Origin: Catajapyx aquilonaris
Lineage: Eukaryota
NCBI GenBank assembly: GCA_000934665.2
Contig: JYFJ02001337.1
Coordinates: 62,001-83,219, forward strand
Direction: 5' to 3'
DNA length: 21,219 nt
The notes under the pieces are model-generated. The model was not told the DNA's origin and did not search any database. It saw only the letters and a program-made list of their open reading frames with translations. A program made the position numbers and the translations under genes. Position 1 is the first letter of the stretch. The number at the start of each line of letters is the position of its first letter. Below, in pieces: positions 20,369 to 21,219 of this stretch.

Positions 20369-20602
20369 GTAGGAAGTACAATATTTTGCATGGCTTGATA
20401 TAGTTATATGTCAGCTGGGAATTGATCATTGTCATGTTGGGAGGTAAGATGTACTGAATCTGCTGAAATTGCTGGTACAGTACAATGCTAGTGTGAATTT
20501 TCTCCAGAGGATTTACCACCAAATTCATCCAGTAGATGGAAATACTTGCCATTTCAATTCTGCCAGTCTATTTCCTTTTTCTGTTTTCGATTTATTTACT
20601 TA

Positions 20603-21158
20603 CTAGCAGCGGTACCCGTTCTTCGCACGGGGGAAAAAAGAGCGTGGATAATTACACCGAAATCTTCTCAGATCTCAGGCAATATTAAATGCAAAACTGC
20701 TCATTCCCTTGCATATGTAGGCACTGGAAGGGTGGAAAAAATTCTGGTTTGTTTGCGTAATAAAGAGCCACGCAACTATGGCTATGTGGTTATCAGAATA
20801 CAAAAAGGTGGGACAGATGGAGAGAGAAACAAAGAGGAAAAAGAAGAGAGAAAAGACTGGTATCTCTCTTAGTCTGTCTCCTATCCCAAAGACCTGTCCG
20901 ACTTCGGCGGCCCTATACCAGTAGACTAAACTACCGCCAGCATAGCTCTTCAGGATCATGGGAAAACGAAAGCCCACTACCACGGCAAGGTGGAGATACA
21001 TTGGGGGGAGGGGGACATAATTTTTTCTTGGATAAAAACATTGGGGGAAGTGCAAAATTTGAAACCATTTACAGGCCTGTTTCTATGGTAATCACTAACA
21101 AAATTCTGTTGCCACAGGCAAGCAAATTTTATTTTTTTGCCTTATATACATACGTAGA
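20603..21158 (-). mobile_element. Non-autonomous Helitron-like element
   Basis: Minus-strand 3' end CCCGTGCGAAGAACGGG-TACCGCTG-CTAG|T (hairpin arms 20627-20631 and 20615-20619, CTAG at 20603-20606). Candidate 5' end A|TCTACGTATGTATATAA at 21158. Inserted between A and T with no TSD, as expected for Helitrons. The 5' end is less certain than the 3' end. Confidence 0.65.
20860..20999 (-). other. RTE-clade (BovB/Expander-like) retrotransposon 5'UTR-like structured segment
   Basis: Minus strand reads CACCTTGCCGTGGTAGTGGGCTTTCGTTTTCCCATGATCCTGAAGAGCTATGCT...AGGGCCGCCGAAGTCGGACAGGTC...GAGACAGACTAAG, resembling recalled RTE 5'UTR motifs (CACCTTGTCGTGG..GGGCTTGCGT..ATGA..GAGCTATGC..AGGGCCACCCAAG.CGGAC.GGTC). 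It is closed by a GTATCTC/GAGATAC helix. Confidence 0.55.
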
Positions 21159-21219
21159 TTATCAAAATATGTTATTTATTAATTAATTTATAGCAGCGAA
21201 CCCGTGTGTAGTGTCTGGT

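Overview
Eukaryotic, probably invertebrate (arthropod-like), genomic DNA with four spliced genes reconstructed by hand from GT-AG junctions and frame continuity. (1) Peroxisomal carrier SLC25A17/PMP34, + strand, 7 coding exons, 323 aa. (2) Integrator subunit INTS10, - strand, 12 exons, 681 aa. (3) An unnamed LRR protein with a BC-box/Cullin-box-like segment, a Cys4 motif and a C-terminal CaaX box, + strand, 5 exons, 442 aa, head-to-head with INTS10 across a 260-bp bidirectional promoter bracketed by two inverted YY1 motifs. (4) The 5' motor-domain part of a divergent kinesin-5 (KIF11/Eg5 family), running off the window end, with a G2/M-type promoter (DRE, CCAAT, MYB, CHR). The kinesin introns are packed with non-autonomous elements: several MITE-like inverted repeats, a complete tRNA-derived SINE with 15-bp target-site duplication, a decayed V-type SINE, a 152-bp tandem duplication, and a Helitron-like element carrying a structured RTE-5'UTR-like segment. 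The best leads are the putative prenylated Elongin BC-Cullin LRR substrate receptor, the structured RNA inside the Helitron, and cryptic intron-like signals between SLC25A17 and INTS10. Family assignments rest on recalled sequence motifs, not on database searches.
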